This document shows, in pieces, positions 11,573-23,492 of a stretch of 64,000 nt of DNA (position 1 is the first letter of the stretch; the number at the start of each line of letters is the position of its first letter). Under the pieces are notes generated by a model. The model was not told where the DNA came from. It ran no database searches and saw nothing but the letters and a program-made list of their open reading frames with translations. The stretch comes from Escherichia coli. Lineage in GTDB: Bacteria; Pseudomonadota; Gammaproteobacteria; Enterobacterales; Enterobacteriaceae. The DNA is taken from the NCBI RefSeq assembly GCF_050920415.1, contig NZ_CP169309.1; one strand, given 5' to 3'. The position numbers were made by a program, and so were the translations under genes.

Positions 11573-12429
11573 TATTGACCTACGGCAATGCTACAGGTGG
11601 TGCCCGACACCAGCGTGACATCGCCTGGGACTTTATCCAGCGCAAAGCGGACCGGAACACGTTGGGCGAGGCGAACCCAGGGGACGTTAGGTTTCACATC
11701 CGGAATAAGGCTTGAGTCACTTTCAACGCTCTGATCATAAATCGCCCGACCGATACTGGAAACGTGACCCTGTAACGTTTTGTTATCACTATAGAGGGTA
11801 ATTTGTGCTGGTGCACCTTCGCGGATATGGCGCAACTTGGTTTCTTCAAAATAACCAATGACGTAAAACGAGTGGCTATCGACAAGAGCAAACAGCGGTT
11901 TCCCGGTGTCAGCGTAATCGCCGATGCGGGTAGTAAGATTAGTCACCCATCCGCTCACCGGGGCGCGAATTTCCGTTTGCGCCAGTTGCCATTGTGCCTG
12001 TTTCAACGTCGCCTGTGCGGCATCAACACTGGCCTGCATCGCTTTAACATTGAGGTTAGCGGTATCGAGTTCTTCGGCAGAAATAAAATTTTGTGAGAGA
12101 TGACGACGACGATTCGCTTCGTTATTGGCTTTTGCGAGGTCAGATTGCGCTTTCGCCAGCTGAGCCTGTGCGTTCAGCTCGGCGATCTGAAAGGGCGTTT
12201 TATCGATCGTGAGCAGAAGATCCCCCGCGTTAACCAGCTGGTTGTCTTTTATATTCAGCTCAACAATACGTCCCGACACCTGTGGGGTGATAGAAACCTG
12301 TTCTGCGCGTATTTTCCCGTCGCGTGTCCACGGAGATTGCATGTAATAATTCCACAGCCACCATCCGGCAAGAACCGCAACTACCGCTACAATGATTGTT
12401 GAGAAATACTTAATTGTTTTAATTGACAT
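11572..12429 (-). CDS. ydhJ: HlyD-family membrane fusion protein YdhJ (AaeA-like)
   Basis: ORF 11572..12471; start set at [19 protein letters not shown] (285 aa); single N-terminal TM plus coiled-coil region; stop overlaps ydhK start. Confidence 0.88.
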   Translation of the reverse strand: MSIKTIKYFSTIIVAVVAVLAGWWLWNYYMQSPWTRDGKIRAEQVSITPQVSGRIVELNIKDNQLVNAGDLLLTIDKTPFQIAELNAQAQLAKAQSDLAKANNEANRRRHLSQNFISAEELDTANLNVKAMQASVDAAQATLKQAQWQLAQTEIRAPVSGWVTNLTTRIGDYADTGKPLFALVDSHSFYVIGYFEETKLRHIREGAPAQITLYSDNKTLQGHVSSIGRAIYDQSVESDSSLIPDVKPNVPWVRLAQRVPVRFALDKVPGDVTLVSGTTCSIAVGQ

Positions 12430-12431
12430 AG

Positions 12432-12668
12432 TTACCACGCAATCAGTATTGCCAGGGAAAGGCAAACGCAAATCGCAAACAGCGATAAATCCATTAACAA
12501 GGGATGCCAGATGTCACCGGCGTAGATCCAGCCACGAAGCAGGCGGTGTACGACAAGCCAGATGACGAATCCAAACGCGAAGGCTTTGAAAAACGGAGGA
12601 AAGTAGACGGACGCACCGAACACCAGATCTTGTAAGGGCAATCCTGTTGCATTGAGCATAAACTTCAC
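12432..12668 (-). CDS. ydhI: Small membrane protein YdhI (DUF1656, AaeX-like)
   Basis: ORF track 78 aa, two hydrophobic segments; first gene of ydhIJK, divergent from slyA. Confidence 0.85.
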   Translation of the reverse strand: MKFMLNATGLPLQDLVFGASVYFPPFFKAFAFGFVIWLVVHRLLRGWIYAGDIWHPLLMDLSLFAICVCLSLAILIAW

Positions 12669-12840
12669 AAAGTAGATTCCTTTACGACCGAATATATTGC
12701 GTTAGATTAATAAATATTCTTTAAGTGCGAAAAATTTACGCGCAATTTCTGAAAAGTATGTCTGACGGTAACCAAATGCAGCAATACATTTGTTTTAGCA
12801 ATACAATTGCTGCACACTATTCTAAAAGCCGCATAATATC

Positions 12841-12852
12841 TTAGCAAGCTAA
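12841..12852. promoter_or_regulatory. SlyA binding palindrome TTAGCAAGCTAA upstream of slyA
   Basis: Exact 12-bp palindrome matching the SlyA consensus, 11 bp upstream of the slyA ATG (autoregulatory site). Confidence 0.8.
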
Positions 12853-12862
12853 TTATAAGGAG

Positions 12863-13303
12863 ATGAAATTGGAATCGCCACTAGGTTCTGATCTGGCACG
12901 GTTGGTGCGCATATGGCGTGCTCTGATAGACCATCGCCTGAAACCGCTGGAGTTAACACAAACCCATTGGGTCACGTTACACAATATCCATCAGTTACCT
13001 CCAGACCAGTCGCAAATTCAACTGGCAAAAGCGATTGGCATCGAGCAGCCATCACTGGTCCGTACTCTGGACCAACTGGAAGAAAAAGGGTTAATTTCGC
13101 GTCAAACTTGTGCCAGCGATCGTCGGGCTAAACGTATTAAACTGACGGAAAAGGCAGAGCCGCTGATCAGCGAAATGGAAGCTGTTATTAACAAAACCCG
13201 CGCGGAAATTTTACATGGCATCTCCGCAGAGGAACTGGAACAACTGATTAAGCTCATCGCAAAACTTGAGCATAATATCATTGAGTTACAGGCCAAAGGG
13301 TGA
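12863..13303 (+). CDS. slyA: MarR-family transcriptional regulator SlyA
   Basis: ORF track 146 aa; winged-helix MarR sequence; an alternative TTG start at 12869 would give 144 aa. Confidence 0.93.
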
Positions 13304-13349
13304 AATAAAGGGGGCGTGTGGTCAGTAACCTGACCACACGCAAACTTAT

Positions 13350-13817
13350 TTAGCGCGGGGAAACGGTCACCTGACTGCCATTGCTGGCCAGTACGACACG
13401 TTGGCCCGGAGAGAAACGAGTGTTGCCTTGTTTCTGTACCACCATGATGGTATTACCATCGTCTTTACGAATTTCCAGCTCGACACCCTGCGTTTTGTTC
13501 ATTGCACTCTGTACGCCCTGACCGGCTACGCCACCTGCAACAGCGCCTGCTGCAGTAGCCAGAGAACGCCCGGTTCCGCCACCAACAGTATTCCCCAGGA
13601 AACCACCAAGAACAGCACCGCCAATTGCGCCGATAACGTTGGAATCATCACCGCCCTGAATCTGTACCGGACGTACGTTAACGATGGTGCCATAGCTGAC
13701 ATTCTGTACTTGTTTCGCTTCAGAAGCGGTATAAACATCCCCTGACAGGGTGTCGTTATTAACACAACCGACAAGAGACAGACCTACCATTGAAACAACC
13801 AATACGCGTTTAATCAT
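13350..13817 (-). CDS. slyB: Outer-membrane lipoprotein SlyB (Gly-rich)
   Basis: ORF track 155 aa; lipobox LVGC; glycine-zipper repeats. Confidence 0.93.
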   Translation of the reverse strand: MIKRVLVVSMVGLSLVGCVNNDTLSGDVYTASEAKQVQNVSYGTIVNVRPVQIQGGDDSNVIGAIGGAVLGGFLGNTVGGGTGRSLATAAGAVAGGVAGQGVQSAMNKTQGVELEIRKDDGNTIMVVQKQGNTRFSPGQRVVLASNGSQVTVSPR

Positions 13818-14090
13818 TGAAAAATCTCCTGTTCACCATGAAACGCCACGCAAGCATCCCTCATGGTCAAAGTATATGGCATATGTGAATCCATGGTTAC
13901 ATGTTCTACCAAATATGAGCAAATCATAATGAAAGTAGGATCAACCAATTATAAACAAAACATTCATGATGATTATTGATTTGAAGATAATGTTTTACTA
14001 CCAACGGTAAAAATCGGTCATTCCGCATGGTATTCACGAAAAGTTTATGTTTGAGTGGTGCGCAAACGTCAGATTGAAAAAGGATGAACT

Positions 14091-15200
14091 ATGAAATCGG
14101 GCCGCTTTATTGGCGTTATGTCAGGCACCAGCCTTGATGGTGTTGATGTTGTGTTGGCGACAATTGATGAACACCGGGTCGCACAGCTGGCAAGTTTGAG
14201 CTGGCCGATCCCGGTGTCTCTGAAACAGGCTGTACTGGATATTTGCCAGGGCCAGCAGCTTACACTTTCGCAGTTTGGACAGCTTGATACTCAACTCGGG
14301 CGACTTTTTGCTGATGCGATCAATGCCTTGCTTAAGGAACAAAACCTGCAGGCGAAAGATATCGTTGCGATCGGCTGTCACGGTCAAACCGTCTGGCATG
14401 AACCGACGGGCGTGGCACCACACACTTTACAGATTGGCGATAACAATCAAATTGTGGCACGCACCGGAATTACGGTTGTCGGTGATTTTCGCCGTCGAGA
14501 TATTGCCTTGGGAGGACAAGGCGCACCGCTGGTACCTGCGTTCCATCATGCGCTGCTGGCTCATCCAACCGAGCGACGAATGGTGCTCAATATTGGTGGC
14601 ATCGCCAATCTGTCACTGCTCATTCCTGGGCAGCCGGTAGGGGGCTACGATACCGGCCCTGGTAACATGCTGATGGATGCCTGGATCTGGCGTCAGGCAG
14701 GTAAACCTTACGATAAAGATGCCGAGTGGGCACGGGCGGGTAAAGTCATTCTCCCACTGCTGCAAAATATGCTCAGCGACCCGTATTTCTCGCAACCTGC
14801 ACCGAAAAGCACCGGACGCGAATACTTTAACTACGGCTGGCTGGAGCGCCATTTGCGCCATTTTCCGGGTGTTGATCCCCGTGATGTACAGGCGACACTG
14901 GCAGAACTCACCGCCGTGACCATTTCTGAACAAGTTTTGTTGAGCGGTGGCTGCGAACGATTGATGGTATGTGGTGGAGGAAGTCGTAATCCGCTACTCA
15001 TGGCGCGTCTGGCGGCATTACTGCCAGGCACAGAAGTCACCACCACCGATGCCGTTGGCATTAGTGGCGATGACATGGAAGCATTGGCTTTCGCCTGGCT
15101 TGCCTGGCGGACGCTGGCGGGATTACCAGGAAATCTGCCTTCCGTCACTGGCGCAAGCCAGGAGACGGTACTCGGGGCTATTTTCCCCGCTAACCCATGA
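14091..15200 (+). CDS. anmK: Anhydro-N-acetylmuramic acid kinase
   Basis: ORF track 369 aa ([23 protein letters not shown]...). Confidence 0.93.
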   Translation: MKSGRFIGVMSGTSLDGVDVVLATIDEHRVAQLASLSWPIPVSLKQAVLDICQGQQLTLSQFGQLDTQLGRLFADAINALLKEQNLQAKDIVAIGCHGQTVWHEPTGVAPHTLQIGDNNQIVARTGITVVGDFRRRDIALGGQGAPLVPAFHHALLAHPTERRMVLNIGGIANLSLLIPGQPVGGYDTGPGNMLMDAWIWRQAGKPYDKDAEWARAGKVILPLLQNMLSDPYFSQPAPKSTGREYFNYGWLERHLRHFPGVDPRDVQATLAELTAVTISEQVLLSGGCERLMVCGGGSRNPLLMARLAALLPGTEVTTTDAVGISGDDMEALAFAWLAWRTLAGLPGNLPSVTGASQETVLGAIFPANP

Positions 15201-15297
15201 TATCAGAGTTAACTGAATTTTTCTTACCGCGTCTGCCGTTACACTTGGAACGTTAGGGAGGGCGTATTGCCCTCCAGACCAGGAAAGTCTTCGGGAT

Positions 15298-15627
15298 ATG
15301 TCTATGAAAAAACTGTTACTGATCTGTTTGCCGGTCCTTCTCACCGGCTGTAGCGCGTTCAATCAACTGGTTGAGCGCATGCAAACCGATACGCTGGAAT
15401 ACCAGTGTGATGAAAAACCGTTGACGGTCAAACTGAATAATCCGCGCCAGGAAGTCAGTTTTGTTTACGATAATCAACTACTGCATCTCAAACAGGGCAT
15501 TTCTGCGTCTGGTGCACGTTACACCGACGGGATCTATGTTTTCTGGTCGAAAGGCGAGGAAGCGACTGTCTATAAACGCGATCGCATCGTCTTGAATAAC
15601 TGTCAGTTACAAAATCCACAGCGTTGA
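15298..15627 (+). CDS. mliC: Membrane-bound lysozyme inhibitor of C-type lysozyme (lipoprotein)
   Basis: ORF track 109 aa; lipobox LLTGCSAF; conserved Cys pair. Confidence 0.88.
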   Translation: MSMKKLLLICLPVLLTGCSAFNQLVERMQTDTLEYQCDEKPLTVKLNNPRQEVSFVYDNQLLHLKQGISASGARYTDGIYVFWSKGEEATVYKRDRIVLNNCQLQNPQR

Positions 15628-15685
15628 GATTTTTCCAGGGGCGGCGCACAATAGCGTCACCCACTGACAATCCGTAAAGAAAACC

Positions 15686-16342
15686 ATGTCTGATAACGAC
15701 GAATTGCAGCAAATCGCGCATCTGCGCCGTGAATACACCAAAGGCGGATTACGCCGCCGCGATCTTCCCGCCGCTCCATTAACCCTTTTTGAACGCTGGC
15801 TCTCTCAGGCGTGTGAAGCCAAACTGGCGGACCCTACCGCGATGGTGGTCGCTACCGTGGATGAACATGGTCAGCCTTATCAGCGCATCGTTTTACTCAA
15901 ACATTACGACGAAAAAGGCATGGTGTTTTACACCAACCTCGGCAGCCGTAAAGCACATCAAATCGAAAATAATCCGCGCGTTAGCCTGCTGTTCCCGTGG
16001 CATACCCTTGAGCGCCAGGTGATGGTGATCGGTAAAGCGGAACGACTTTCGACTCTCGAAGTGATGAAATATTTTCATAGTCGCCCCCGTGATAGCCAGA
16101 TTGGTGCATGGGTTTCGAAGCAGTCCAGTCGCATTTCTGCCCGCGGTATCCTTGAAAGTAAATTCCTGGAGCTGAAGCAGAAGTTTCAACAGGGCGAAGT
16201 GCCATTGCCGAGTTTTTGGGGCGGTTTTCGCGTCAGCCTTGAACAGATTGAGTTCTGGCAGGGCGGTGAGCATCGCCTGCATGACCGCTTTTTGTACCAG
16301 CGTGAAAATGATGCGTGGAAGATTGATCGTCTTGCCCCCTGA
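15686..16342 (+). CDS. pdxH: Pyridoxine/pyridoxamine 5'-phosphate oxidase
   Basis: ORF track 218 aa; upstream of tyrS as in E. coli. Confidence 0.95.
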
Positions 16343-16470
16343 AAAGATGCAAAAATCTTGCTTTAATCGCTGGTACTCCTGATTCTGGCACTTTATTCTA
16401 TGTCTCTTTCGCATCTGGCGAAAAGTCGTGTACCGGCAAAGGTGCAGTCGTTATATACATGGAGATTTTG

Positions 16471-17745
16471 ATGGCAAGCAGTAACTTGATTAAACAATTG
16501 CAAGAGCGGGGGCTGGTAGCCCAGGTGACGGACGAGGAAGCGTTAGCAGAGCGACTGGCGCAAGGCCCGATCGCGCTCTATTGCGGCTTCGATCCTACCG
16601 CTGACAGCTTGCATTTGGGGCATCTTGTTCCATTGTTATGCCTGAAACGCTTCCAGCAGGCGGGCCACAAGCCGGTTGCGCTGGTAGGCGGCGCGACGGG
16701 TCTGATTGGCGACCCGAGCTTCAAAGCTGCCGAGCGTAAGCTGAACACCGAAGAAACTGTTCAGGAGTGGGTGGACAAAATCCGCAAGCAGGTTGCCCCG
16801 TTCCTCGATTTCGACTGTGGAGAAAACTCTGCTATCGCGGCGAACAACTATGACTGGTTCGGCAATATGAATGTGTTGACCTTCCTGCGCGATATTGGCA
16901 AACACTTCTCCGTCAACCAGATGATCAACAAAGAAGCGGTTAAGCAGCGTCTCAACCGTGAAGATCAGGGGATTTCGTTCACCGAGTTTTCCTACAACCT
17001 GTTGCAGGGTTATGACTTCGCCTGTCTGAACAAACAGTACGGTGTCGTGCTGCAAATCGGGGGTTCTGACCAGTGGGGTAACATCACTTCTGGTATCGAC
17101 CTGACCCGTCGTCTGCATCAGAATCAGGTGTTTGGCCTGACCGTTCCGCTGATCACCAAAGCAGACGGCACCAAATTTGGTAAAACTGAAGGCGGCGCAG
17201 TCTGGTTGGATCCGAAGAAAACCAGCCCGTACAAATTCTACCAGTTCTGGATCAACACTGCGGATGCGGACGTTTACCGCTTCCTGAAGTTCTTCACCTT
17301 CATGAGCATTGAAGAGATCAATGCCCTCGAAGAAGAAGATAAAAACAGCGGTAAAGCTCCGCGCGCTCAGTATGTTCTGGCGGAGCAGGTGACACGTTTG
17401 GTGCACGGTGAAGAAGGTTTGCAGGCAGCAAAACGTATTACCGAATGTCTGTTCAGTGGTTCCTTGAGTGCGCTGAGTGAAGCGGACTTCGAACAGCTGG
17501 CGCAGGACGGCGTACCGATGGTTGAGATGGAAAAAGGTGCAGACCTGATGCAGGCGCTGGTCGATTCCGAACTGCAACCTTCCCGTGGTCAGGCGCGCAA
17601 AACTATCGCCTCCAATGCCATCACCATTAACGGTGAAAAACAGTCTGATCCTGAATACTTCTTTAAAGAAGAAGATCGTCTGTTTGGTCGTTTTACCTTA
17701 CTGCGTCGCGGCAAAAAGAATTATTGTCTGATTTGCTGGAAATAA
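16471..17745 (+). CDS. tyrS: Tyrosyl-tRNA synthetase
   Basis: ORF 16459..17745; start set at [14 protein letters not shown] (424 aa); class I HIGH (HLGH) and KMSKS-like (KFGKT) motifs. Confidence 0.95.
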
Positions 17746-17756
17746 TGCATTAAGTG

Positions 17757-17793
17757 GAAAGGGGGAGTGAGAAATCACTCCCCCTGGTTTTTA
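17757..17793 (+). terminator. Intrinsic terminator downstream of tyrS
   Basis: GGGGGAGTGA-GAAA-TCACTCCCCC hairpin followed by TGGTTTTTAT. Confidence 0.85.
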
Positions 17794-17803
17794 TACAGGG
17801 AAC

Positions 17804-18667
17804 ATGATGAAAAATATTCTCGCTATCCAGTCTCACGTTGTTTATGGTCATGCGGGTAACAGTGCGGCAGAGTTTCCGATGCGCCGCCTGGGCGCGAACG
17901 TCTGGCCGTTGAACACCGTTCAATTTTCTAATCACACTCAATACGGCAAATGGACTGGCTGCGTGATGCAGCCCAGCCATTTAACCGAAATTGTGCAAGG
18001 CATTGCCGCCATTGATAAATTACACACCTGTGATGCCGTATTAAGTGGCTATCTGGGTTCGGCGGAGCAGGGTGAACATATCCTCGGTATCGTTCGTCAG
18101 GTGAAAGCAGCGAATCCGCAGGCGAAATATTTTTGCGATCCGGTAATGGGTCATCCGGAAAAAGGCTGTATCGTTGCACCGGGTGTCGCAGAGTTTCATG
18201 TGCGTCACGGTTTGCCTGCCAGCGATATCATTGCGCCGAATCTGGTTGAGCTGGAGATACTCTGTGAGCATCCGGTAAATAACGTCGAAGAAGCGGTTCT
18301 GGCAGCGCGTGAACTCATTGCGCAAGGGCCACAAATTGTGTTGGTTAAGCACCTGGCGCGAGCTGGTTACAGCCGTGACCGTTTTGAAATGCTGCTGGTT
18401 ACCGCCGATGAAGCCTGGCATATCAGCCGTCCGCTGGTGGATTTTGGTATGCGCCAACCGGTAGGTGTCGGTGATGTGACGAGCGGTTTACTGCTGGTGA
18501 AACTGCTTCAGGGGGCAACGCTGCAGGAGGCCCTGGAACATGTGACCGCTGCAGTATACGAAATCATGGTGACCACCAAAGCAATGCAGGAATATGAGCT
18601 GCAAGTGGTTGCTGCTCAGGATCGTATTGCCAAACCAGAACATTATTTCAGCGCAACAAAGCTCTGA
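17804..18667 (+). CDS. pdxY: Pyridoxal kinase 2
   Basis: ORF track 287 aa; ribokinase-like PL kinase sequence. Confidence 0.93.
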   Translation: MMKNILAIQSHVVYGHAGNSAAEFPMRRLGANVWPLNTVQFSNHTQYGKWTGCVMQPSHLTEIVQGIAAIDKLHTCDAVLSGYLGSAEQGEHILGIVRQVKAANPQAKYFCDPVMGHPEKGCIVAPGVAEFHVRHGLPASDIIAPNLVELEILCEHPVNNVEEAVLAARELIAQGPQIVLVKHLARAGYSRDRFEMLLVTADEAWHISRPLVDFGMRQPVGVGDVTSGLLLVKLLQGATLQEALEHVTAAVYEIMVTTKAMQEYELQVVAAQDRIAKPEHYFSATKL

Positions 18668-18679
18668 AATATCTCATTT

Positions 18680-18702
18680 CGGCCCACAACAACCTGTGGG
18701 CC
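18680..18702. terminator. Hairpin between convergent pdxY and gstA (possible bidirectional terminator)
   Basis: CGGCCCACA-ACAACC-TGTGGGCCG stem-loop; weak U-tract on both strands. Confidence 0.5.
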
Positions 18703-18710
18703 GATGGCTA

Positions 18711-19316
18711 TTACTTTAAGCCTTCCGCTGACAGCGCGTCTTGTACTTCCGGACGTTCAGCCATACGTTGCATAAATGCCGCGATGTGCTCTAACCCTTC
18801 CAGATTCAGTTTCACCGCGTATGCCCAGCGCAGAACCGTAAACAGATAGGCATCAGCAATTGTAAATCGTTGCCCGCAGATCCAGTGCTCATCCTTCAGT
18901 GCATCGTTCACATATTGCAGCTTCTTCTCCAGCTGCGCGCGAACTGTCGGTTTGTACTCTTCCGGTGTATCAGGGCGAAACAGAGGTGTGAAGCCTTTAT
19001 GCAGCTCGGTGGCGATGTAATTCAGCCATTCGATGGTTTTATAGCGGGAAATACTGTTTACCGGTGCCAGCAACTGGCGGTCGGGGACGCTGTCGGCAAG
19101 ATACTGCATAATTGCTACGCCTTCCGTCAGCAAAGTACCATCGTCCAGCAGCAATGCAGGCACCTGTCCCTTAGGGTTAACGGCAAAGTAATCGTCACCG
19201 TTTTCGAGACGTTTTTTCATTAAATCCACACTGACGAGCGTAAAATCCTTTCCGCTCTCACGCAGGGTGATATGGGAAGCGAGAGAGCAGGCGCCCGGTT
19301 TGTAGAACAATTTCAT
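18711..19316 (-). CDS. gstA: Glutathione S-transferase
   Basis: ORF track 201 aa ([22 protein letters not shown]...). Confidence 0.93.
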   Translation of the reverse strand: MKLFYKPGACSLASHITLRESGKDFTLVSVDLMKKRLENGDDYFAVNPKGQVPALLLDDGTLLTEGVAIMQYLADSVPDRQLLAPVNSISRYKTIEWLNYIATELHKGFTPLFRPDTPEEYKPTVRAQLEKKLQYVNDALKDEHWICGQRFTIADAYLFTVLRWAYAVKLNLEGLEHIAAFMQRMAERPEVQDALSAEGLK

Positions 19317-19366
19317 CGGTAACTCCTTTTGTCTGTGGTTTAAAGTATGGTAGTGCGTTGCTGAAC

Positions 19367-19398
19367 AAAAAAAAAGCCGCTAACGAAAAGTTAGCGGC
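19367..19398 (-). terminator. Intrinsic terminator downstream of dtpA
   Basis: GCCGCTAAC-loop-GTTAGCGGC hairpin followed on the minus strand by a 9-nt T-run. Confidence 0.85.
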
Positions 19399-19421
19399 TT
19401 GTAAAAGAGTTTCCCTGAATT

Positions 19422-20924
19422 TTACGCTACAGCAGCTTTCGCCGCTTTGTCTGCAGCGTCATCCTGCGTCATGCGGTGCAGTTTCGGCGCGGTCAGCAGC
19501 ATCAGTACTGCAATAACGGCAGTAGCGACACCAATCTGCAAGAATACGCGACCATAGACTTCCAGTGACATCAGTGGATCGGTAACGTTATCCGGCACAG
19601 CCATCATACCCGCAACATAACCACCAATCAGGTTTGCACCGGCAGTGGTCAGGAACCAGCTACCCATAATGAAGCCCATCAGACGCTGCGGAACGAGTTG
19701 TGCAACCATTGCCAGACCCAGACCAGAGATCATAAGTTCCCCGATACTCTGCAGGCCATAGCTTGCGACCAGCCAGCTTACAGACACGATACCTGCGTCA
19801 GACGCGAATTTTGCACCCAGCGGCAGAATCAGGAACGCACCAGAACACATCACCATACCGATTGCAAACTTAGTTGGCATCGGCAGGGTATCGCCCATCT
19901 TGTTATAGATAGCGGCCAGAATCGGGCTACCAATGATAATCCAGAACGGGTTCAGTGCCTGATACTGCTCAGGTTCTACGGCCAGGCCCAGAATGGTGTG
20001 TTCAACGTTACGAATCGCAAAGAAGTTCAGTGACGTTGGCATCTGGCTGTACAGCACGAAGAAGATAATGGCTTCGAGCATCAGGATGAAGGCAACGATC
20101 ATTTTACGACGCGCAGCACCTTTCATCGCGAAGGCTTCTTTACCGAAGATAACCACGATACCAAAGGCAACAACGCCCAGCGCCATACGCGCAACTTCCT
20201 GATTGTGCAGCAGCCAGGTGGCGATAGCGATCAGTGCCACAACACCAATAATGGTCAGCAGCAGGTTACGGTAGTTGATAGGCTCGAAGTCTGGTTTTGA
20301 ACCGTACTGTTTAACCCAGCGTTGGCAGAAGGCAAAGTTAACGATAGTGATCAGCAGGCCTACAACGCTCAACGCAAACGCAACACTCCAGCCGTATTTC
20401 GCGGCCAGCCACGGGGTGGCGATCATAGAGAAGAAAGAGCCGATGTTGACGGACATGTAGTACATGGTGAATGCACCGTCCAGACGCGGGTCGTTTTTCT
20501 CATAGCATGTAGAAAGCAGAGAAGACGGGTTAGCTTTAAATAGGCCGTTACCGACCGCAATAGCCGCCATACCCATATAAACGATACCGGCGTCGTGACC
20601 AGACCAGGCAACCAGAGCATAACCAATCGCCAGCACAATAGCGCCAAGCATAATTACGCGTTTAGTACCCAGTACCTTGTCACCTAACCAGCCGCCGATA
20701 GCGACCAGACCATAAACCAGGGCACTAAAGGAAGAGAAAAGGGTGATTGAATCCGCTTCAGACATACCCAGTTGTTTAACCAGGTAAACAGCCATAATTC
20801 CTTGTAGGCCGTAATAACCAAAACGTTCCCATAACTCAATCGAGAAGATGAGATAGAACGCCTTCGGTTGTTTGAAAGCGTTCAAACTGACGCTTTCAGT
20901 TGGTTTTTGGTTTGCAGTGGACAC
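19422..20924 (-). CDS. dtpA: Proton-dependent di/tripeptide permease (POT family)
   Basis: ORF track 500 aa; POT-family sequence with many TM segments. Confidence 0.93.
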
Positions 20925-21508
20925 TTTTACCTCTTTTTTTACATCCCATATTAACGGGGGTGCTTTCTCGCGTTATGCCTAAAAAACATACGCGCAATTG
21001 TTATAGTGGGAGGGGAAACGGCAGGTAATGTTCACTATCTTGCACTTTCAGACAAGTCCTTTGTAATAATCTGTTACATATAACTGAGGCGGGGAATTCA
21101 ACCATTCCGGGAAATGTTATCCAGCGTTAAATTTTTCAAAAAACGTAACGGCAGATTTTTTCACTACCCTGAGAGGGGGATGATGGCTTAACGGCGATAT
21201 GTTCTGCTATTTAGCGTTTTTCCTAGTGAGATAGTCCAGTTTCTGAAAAATAGCCAGTGTAATGTTTTGTAGGTCAATATTTGTTGCGTGTGTAAATTTA
21301 AATGATTTTAACCTAGTTCTTGCAATGTTTTTACATTGCCACAGCATCGTGATCTTGATCACGAATGAATAGAAAATTTCGCTATTAAAAAAACAATTAA
21401 CCTGCATTTTTGGTTATCCGCAAACGGATTACCTGATGATAACGCTAAGCAATGGCATCATTGACGTTAAAAAGATGTTTTAAAAGAGGATAAAGAAAGG
21501 TTATCAAT

Positions 21509-21528
21509 GGGGTAATCGGTGTTACCCC
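21509..21528 (-). terminator. Hairpin immediately downstream of nth (end of rsx-nth operon)
   Basis: GGGGTAA-TCGGTG-TTACCCC stem-loop; the U-tract is imperfect on the minus strand and cleaner on the plus strand. Confidence 0.5.
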
Positions 21529-21534
21529 TTTTCT

Positions 21535-22170
21535 TCAGATGTCAACTTTCTCTTTGTATTCACAAAGATCTTCAATAATACAAGAGCCACAGCGAGGCTT
21601 GCGGGCAATACAGGTATAACGCCCGTGCAGGATCAACCAATGGTGGCAGTCGACTTTAAACTCTGCCGGAACCACTTTCAGTAGCTTTTCTTCTACCTGT
21701 TCGACGTTTTTCCCCGGCGCAAATTGAGTACGATTACAAACGCGGAAAATGTGCGTGTCGACAGCAATAGTCGGCCAGCCGAATGCAGTGTTTAATACGA
21801 CGTTGGCTGTTTTACGACCTACACCAGGCAGGGCTTCAAGCGCAGCACGATCTTCCGGAACCTCGCCATTATGCTGTTCCAGTAAGATACGGCAGGTTTT
21901 GATGATATTTTCTGCTTTGCTGTTATAAAGCCCAATGGTTTTGATATAGGTTTTCACCCCTTCGACGCCCAGTTCAAGCATCGCTGCAGGCGTATTCGCT
22001 ACCGGGTAGAGTTTCGCCGTCGCCTTATTAACACTGACATCGGTCGCCTGAGCGGAAAGCAGTACGGCAATCAGCAATTCAAAAGGCGAACTGAAATTAA
22101 GCTCGGTGGTGGGATGAGGATTGTTCTCACGCAGGCGAGTGAGGATCTCCAGGCGTTTTGCTTTGTTCAT
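21535..22170 (-). CDS. nth: Endonuclease III (DNA glycosylase/AP lyase, [4Fe-4S])
   Basis: ORF track 211 aa; HhH motif and C-terminal Cys cluster (CIARKPRCGSC); last gene of rsx-nth operon. Confidence 0.95.
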   Translation of the reverse strand: MNKAKRLEILTRLRENNPHPTTELNFSSPFELLIAVLLSAQATDVSVNKATAKLYPVANTPAAMLELGVEGVKTYIKTIGLYNSKAENIIKTCRILLEQHNGEVPEDRAALEALPGVGRKTANVVLNTAFGWPTIAVDTHIFRVCNRTQFAPGKNVEQVEEKLLKVVPAEFKVDCHHWLILHGRYTCIARKPRCGSCIIEDLCEYKEKVDI

Positions 22171-22865
22171 CAGACATTCCCTGTTTCACCGTTTGGCAAT
22201 GCACGTTCGGCAGCTGCTTCAGCACGGCGCTTTTTCATTCTTTCATCAATCAGGTATTTCCCTGCCAGCATCAGTCCCAGGCCAATAAATGCACCTGGTG
22301 GCAGCATTGCCAGCAGGAAAGGGGAGTCGGTGTGGAAAATCTCCACGCGTAATACTTTGGCCCAGCTACCTAACAGCGCATCTGCACCGTCAAACAACGT
22401 GCCATTGCCGATAATTTCGCGTAGTGAACCCAGCACGAACATGGCACAGGTTGCGCCCATACCAATCGAAAAACCATCCAGTGCCGAAAGTGCCGGACCT
22501 TTTTTAGCAGCGAAGGCTTCAGCGCGCCCCACAACAATACAGTTAGTGACAATCAGCGGAATAAAAATCCCTAACGATTGATACAGACCAAAGGCGTAGG
22601 CGTTGATCAGCATCTGTACAGCGCTGACCACCGAGGCGATGATCATCACGTAAATGGGAATGCGGATCTCGGCTGGCGTCCAGTGACGCAGCGTCGAAAT
22701 GGTCAAGTTGGTCAGCGTCAGTACCAGCGTAGTCGCAAGTCCTAAACCCAGAGCGTTAGTGGCAGTGGACGTGACCGCCAATAGCGGACAGAGGCCGAGC
22801 AGCTGGACCAGCGCAGAGTTGTTTTTCCACAACCCCTGAACAATAACGTCTTTAATTTCGCTCAC
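22170..22865 (-). CDS. rsxE: Rnf/Rsx electron-transport complex subunit E
   Basis: ORF track 231 aa, polytopic membrane protein; operon position. Confidence 0.92.
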   Translation of the reverse strand: MSEIKDVIVQGLWKNNSALVQLLGLCPLLAVTSTATNALGLGLATTLVLTLTNLTISTLRHWTPAEIRIPIYVMIIASVVSAVQMLINAYAFGLYQSLGIFIPLIVTNCIVVGRAEAFAAKKGPALSALDGFSIGMGATCAMFVLGSLREIIGNGTLFDGADALLGSWAKVLRVEIFHTDSPFLLAMLPPGAFIGLGLMLAGKYLIDERMKKRRAEAAAERALPNGETGNV

Positions 22866-22868
22866 GCT

Positions 22869-23489
22869 TTATTCTCCACAGGCAGGAAGTTGAGAAAGTT
22901 GTGACGGTAACGTCTGAGCGTACAATCCGGCGCGTTTTACCGCATTAACCACCGCGCGGGGAGTAATCGTCGCGCCGGTGAACTGGTCGAAATCACCACC
23001 ATCTTTCTTCACCGCCCAGTGCGCATCATCCGCACCACTGATTTTTTTACCCGCAAAATGGGTGATCCAGTCAGAAAGGCGCAGTTCGATTTTATCGCCA
23101 AGCCCTGGCGTTTCGTGGTGCTCTGTCACGCGCGTGCCAAGTACCGTGCCGTTAAAATCGGCTCCCACCAGCAGCTGAATCGCACCGGAATAGCCATCTG
23201 GCGCGGTTGTTTCCAGAACGGCGGCTACCGGTTTGTCATCCTGTTTGGCGATGTAAACCCGATGCTCACCTTTACCTAACTCTGGCGCAGTTACCAGATA
23301 GCAACTCTGTGCCAGCGCATTGTTATAGCGTTCGGCTGGCAGCACCTGATCAAATAACGCCTTTTGTTGCAGACTGGCCTGTTCAGCAATCGTCGTTTTG
23401 GTCATCTGGTTGATGGCCGCAGTTAACCCTGTTGAGCCCGCTGCAAATAGCGCCAACGTAATGCCGTGTTTTCGGATAGTTTTCAGCAT
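22869..23489 (-). CDS. rsxG: Rnf/Rsx complex subunit G (FMN-binding)
   Basis: ORF track 206 aa; operon position. Confidence 0.92.
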   Translation of the reverse strand: MLKTIRKHGITLALFAAGSTGLTAAINQMTKTTIAEQASLQQKALFDQVLPAERYNNALAQSCYLVTAPELGKGEHRVYIAKQDDKPVAAVLETTAPDGYSGAIQLLVGADFNGTVLGTRVTEHHETPGLGDKIELRLSDWITHFAGKKISGADDAHWAVKKDGGDFDQFTGATITPRAVVNAVKRAGLYAQTLPSQLSQLPACGE

Positions 23490-23492
23490 GGT

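Noticed and set aside
16636-17577. 313-aa ORF antisense to tyrS.
   Set aside because: It lies entirely within the conserved tyrS coding sequence on the opposite strand; it is a typical antisense open frame of a GC-rich gene with no independent support.
21207-21407. 66-aa minus-strand ORF in the nth-dtpA intergenic region.
   Set aside because: AT-rich, low-complexity translation with no recognisable Shine-Dalgarno or family resemblance; the region is better explained as dtpA promoter and regulatory DNA.
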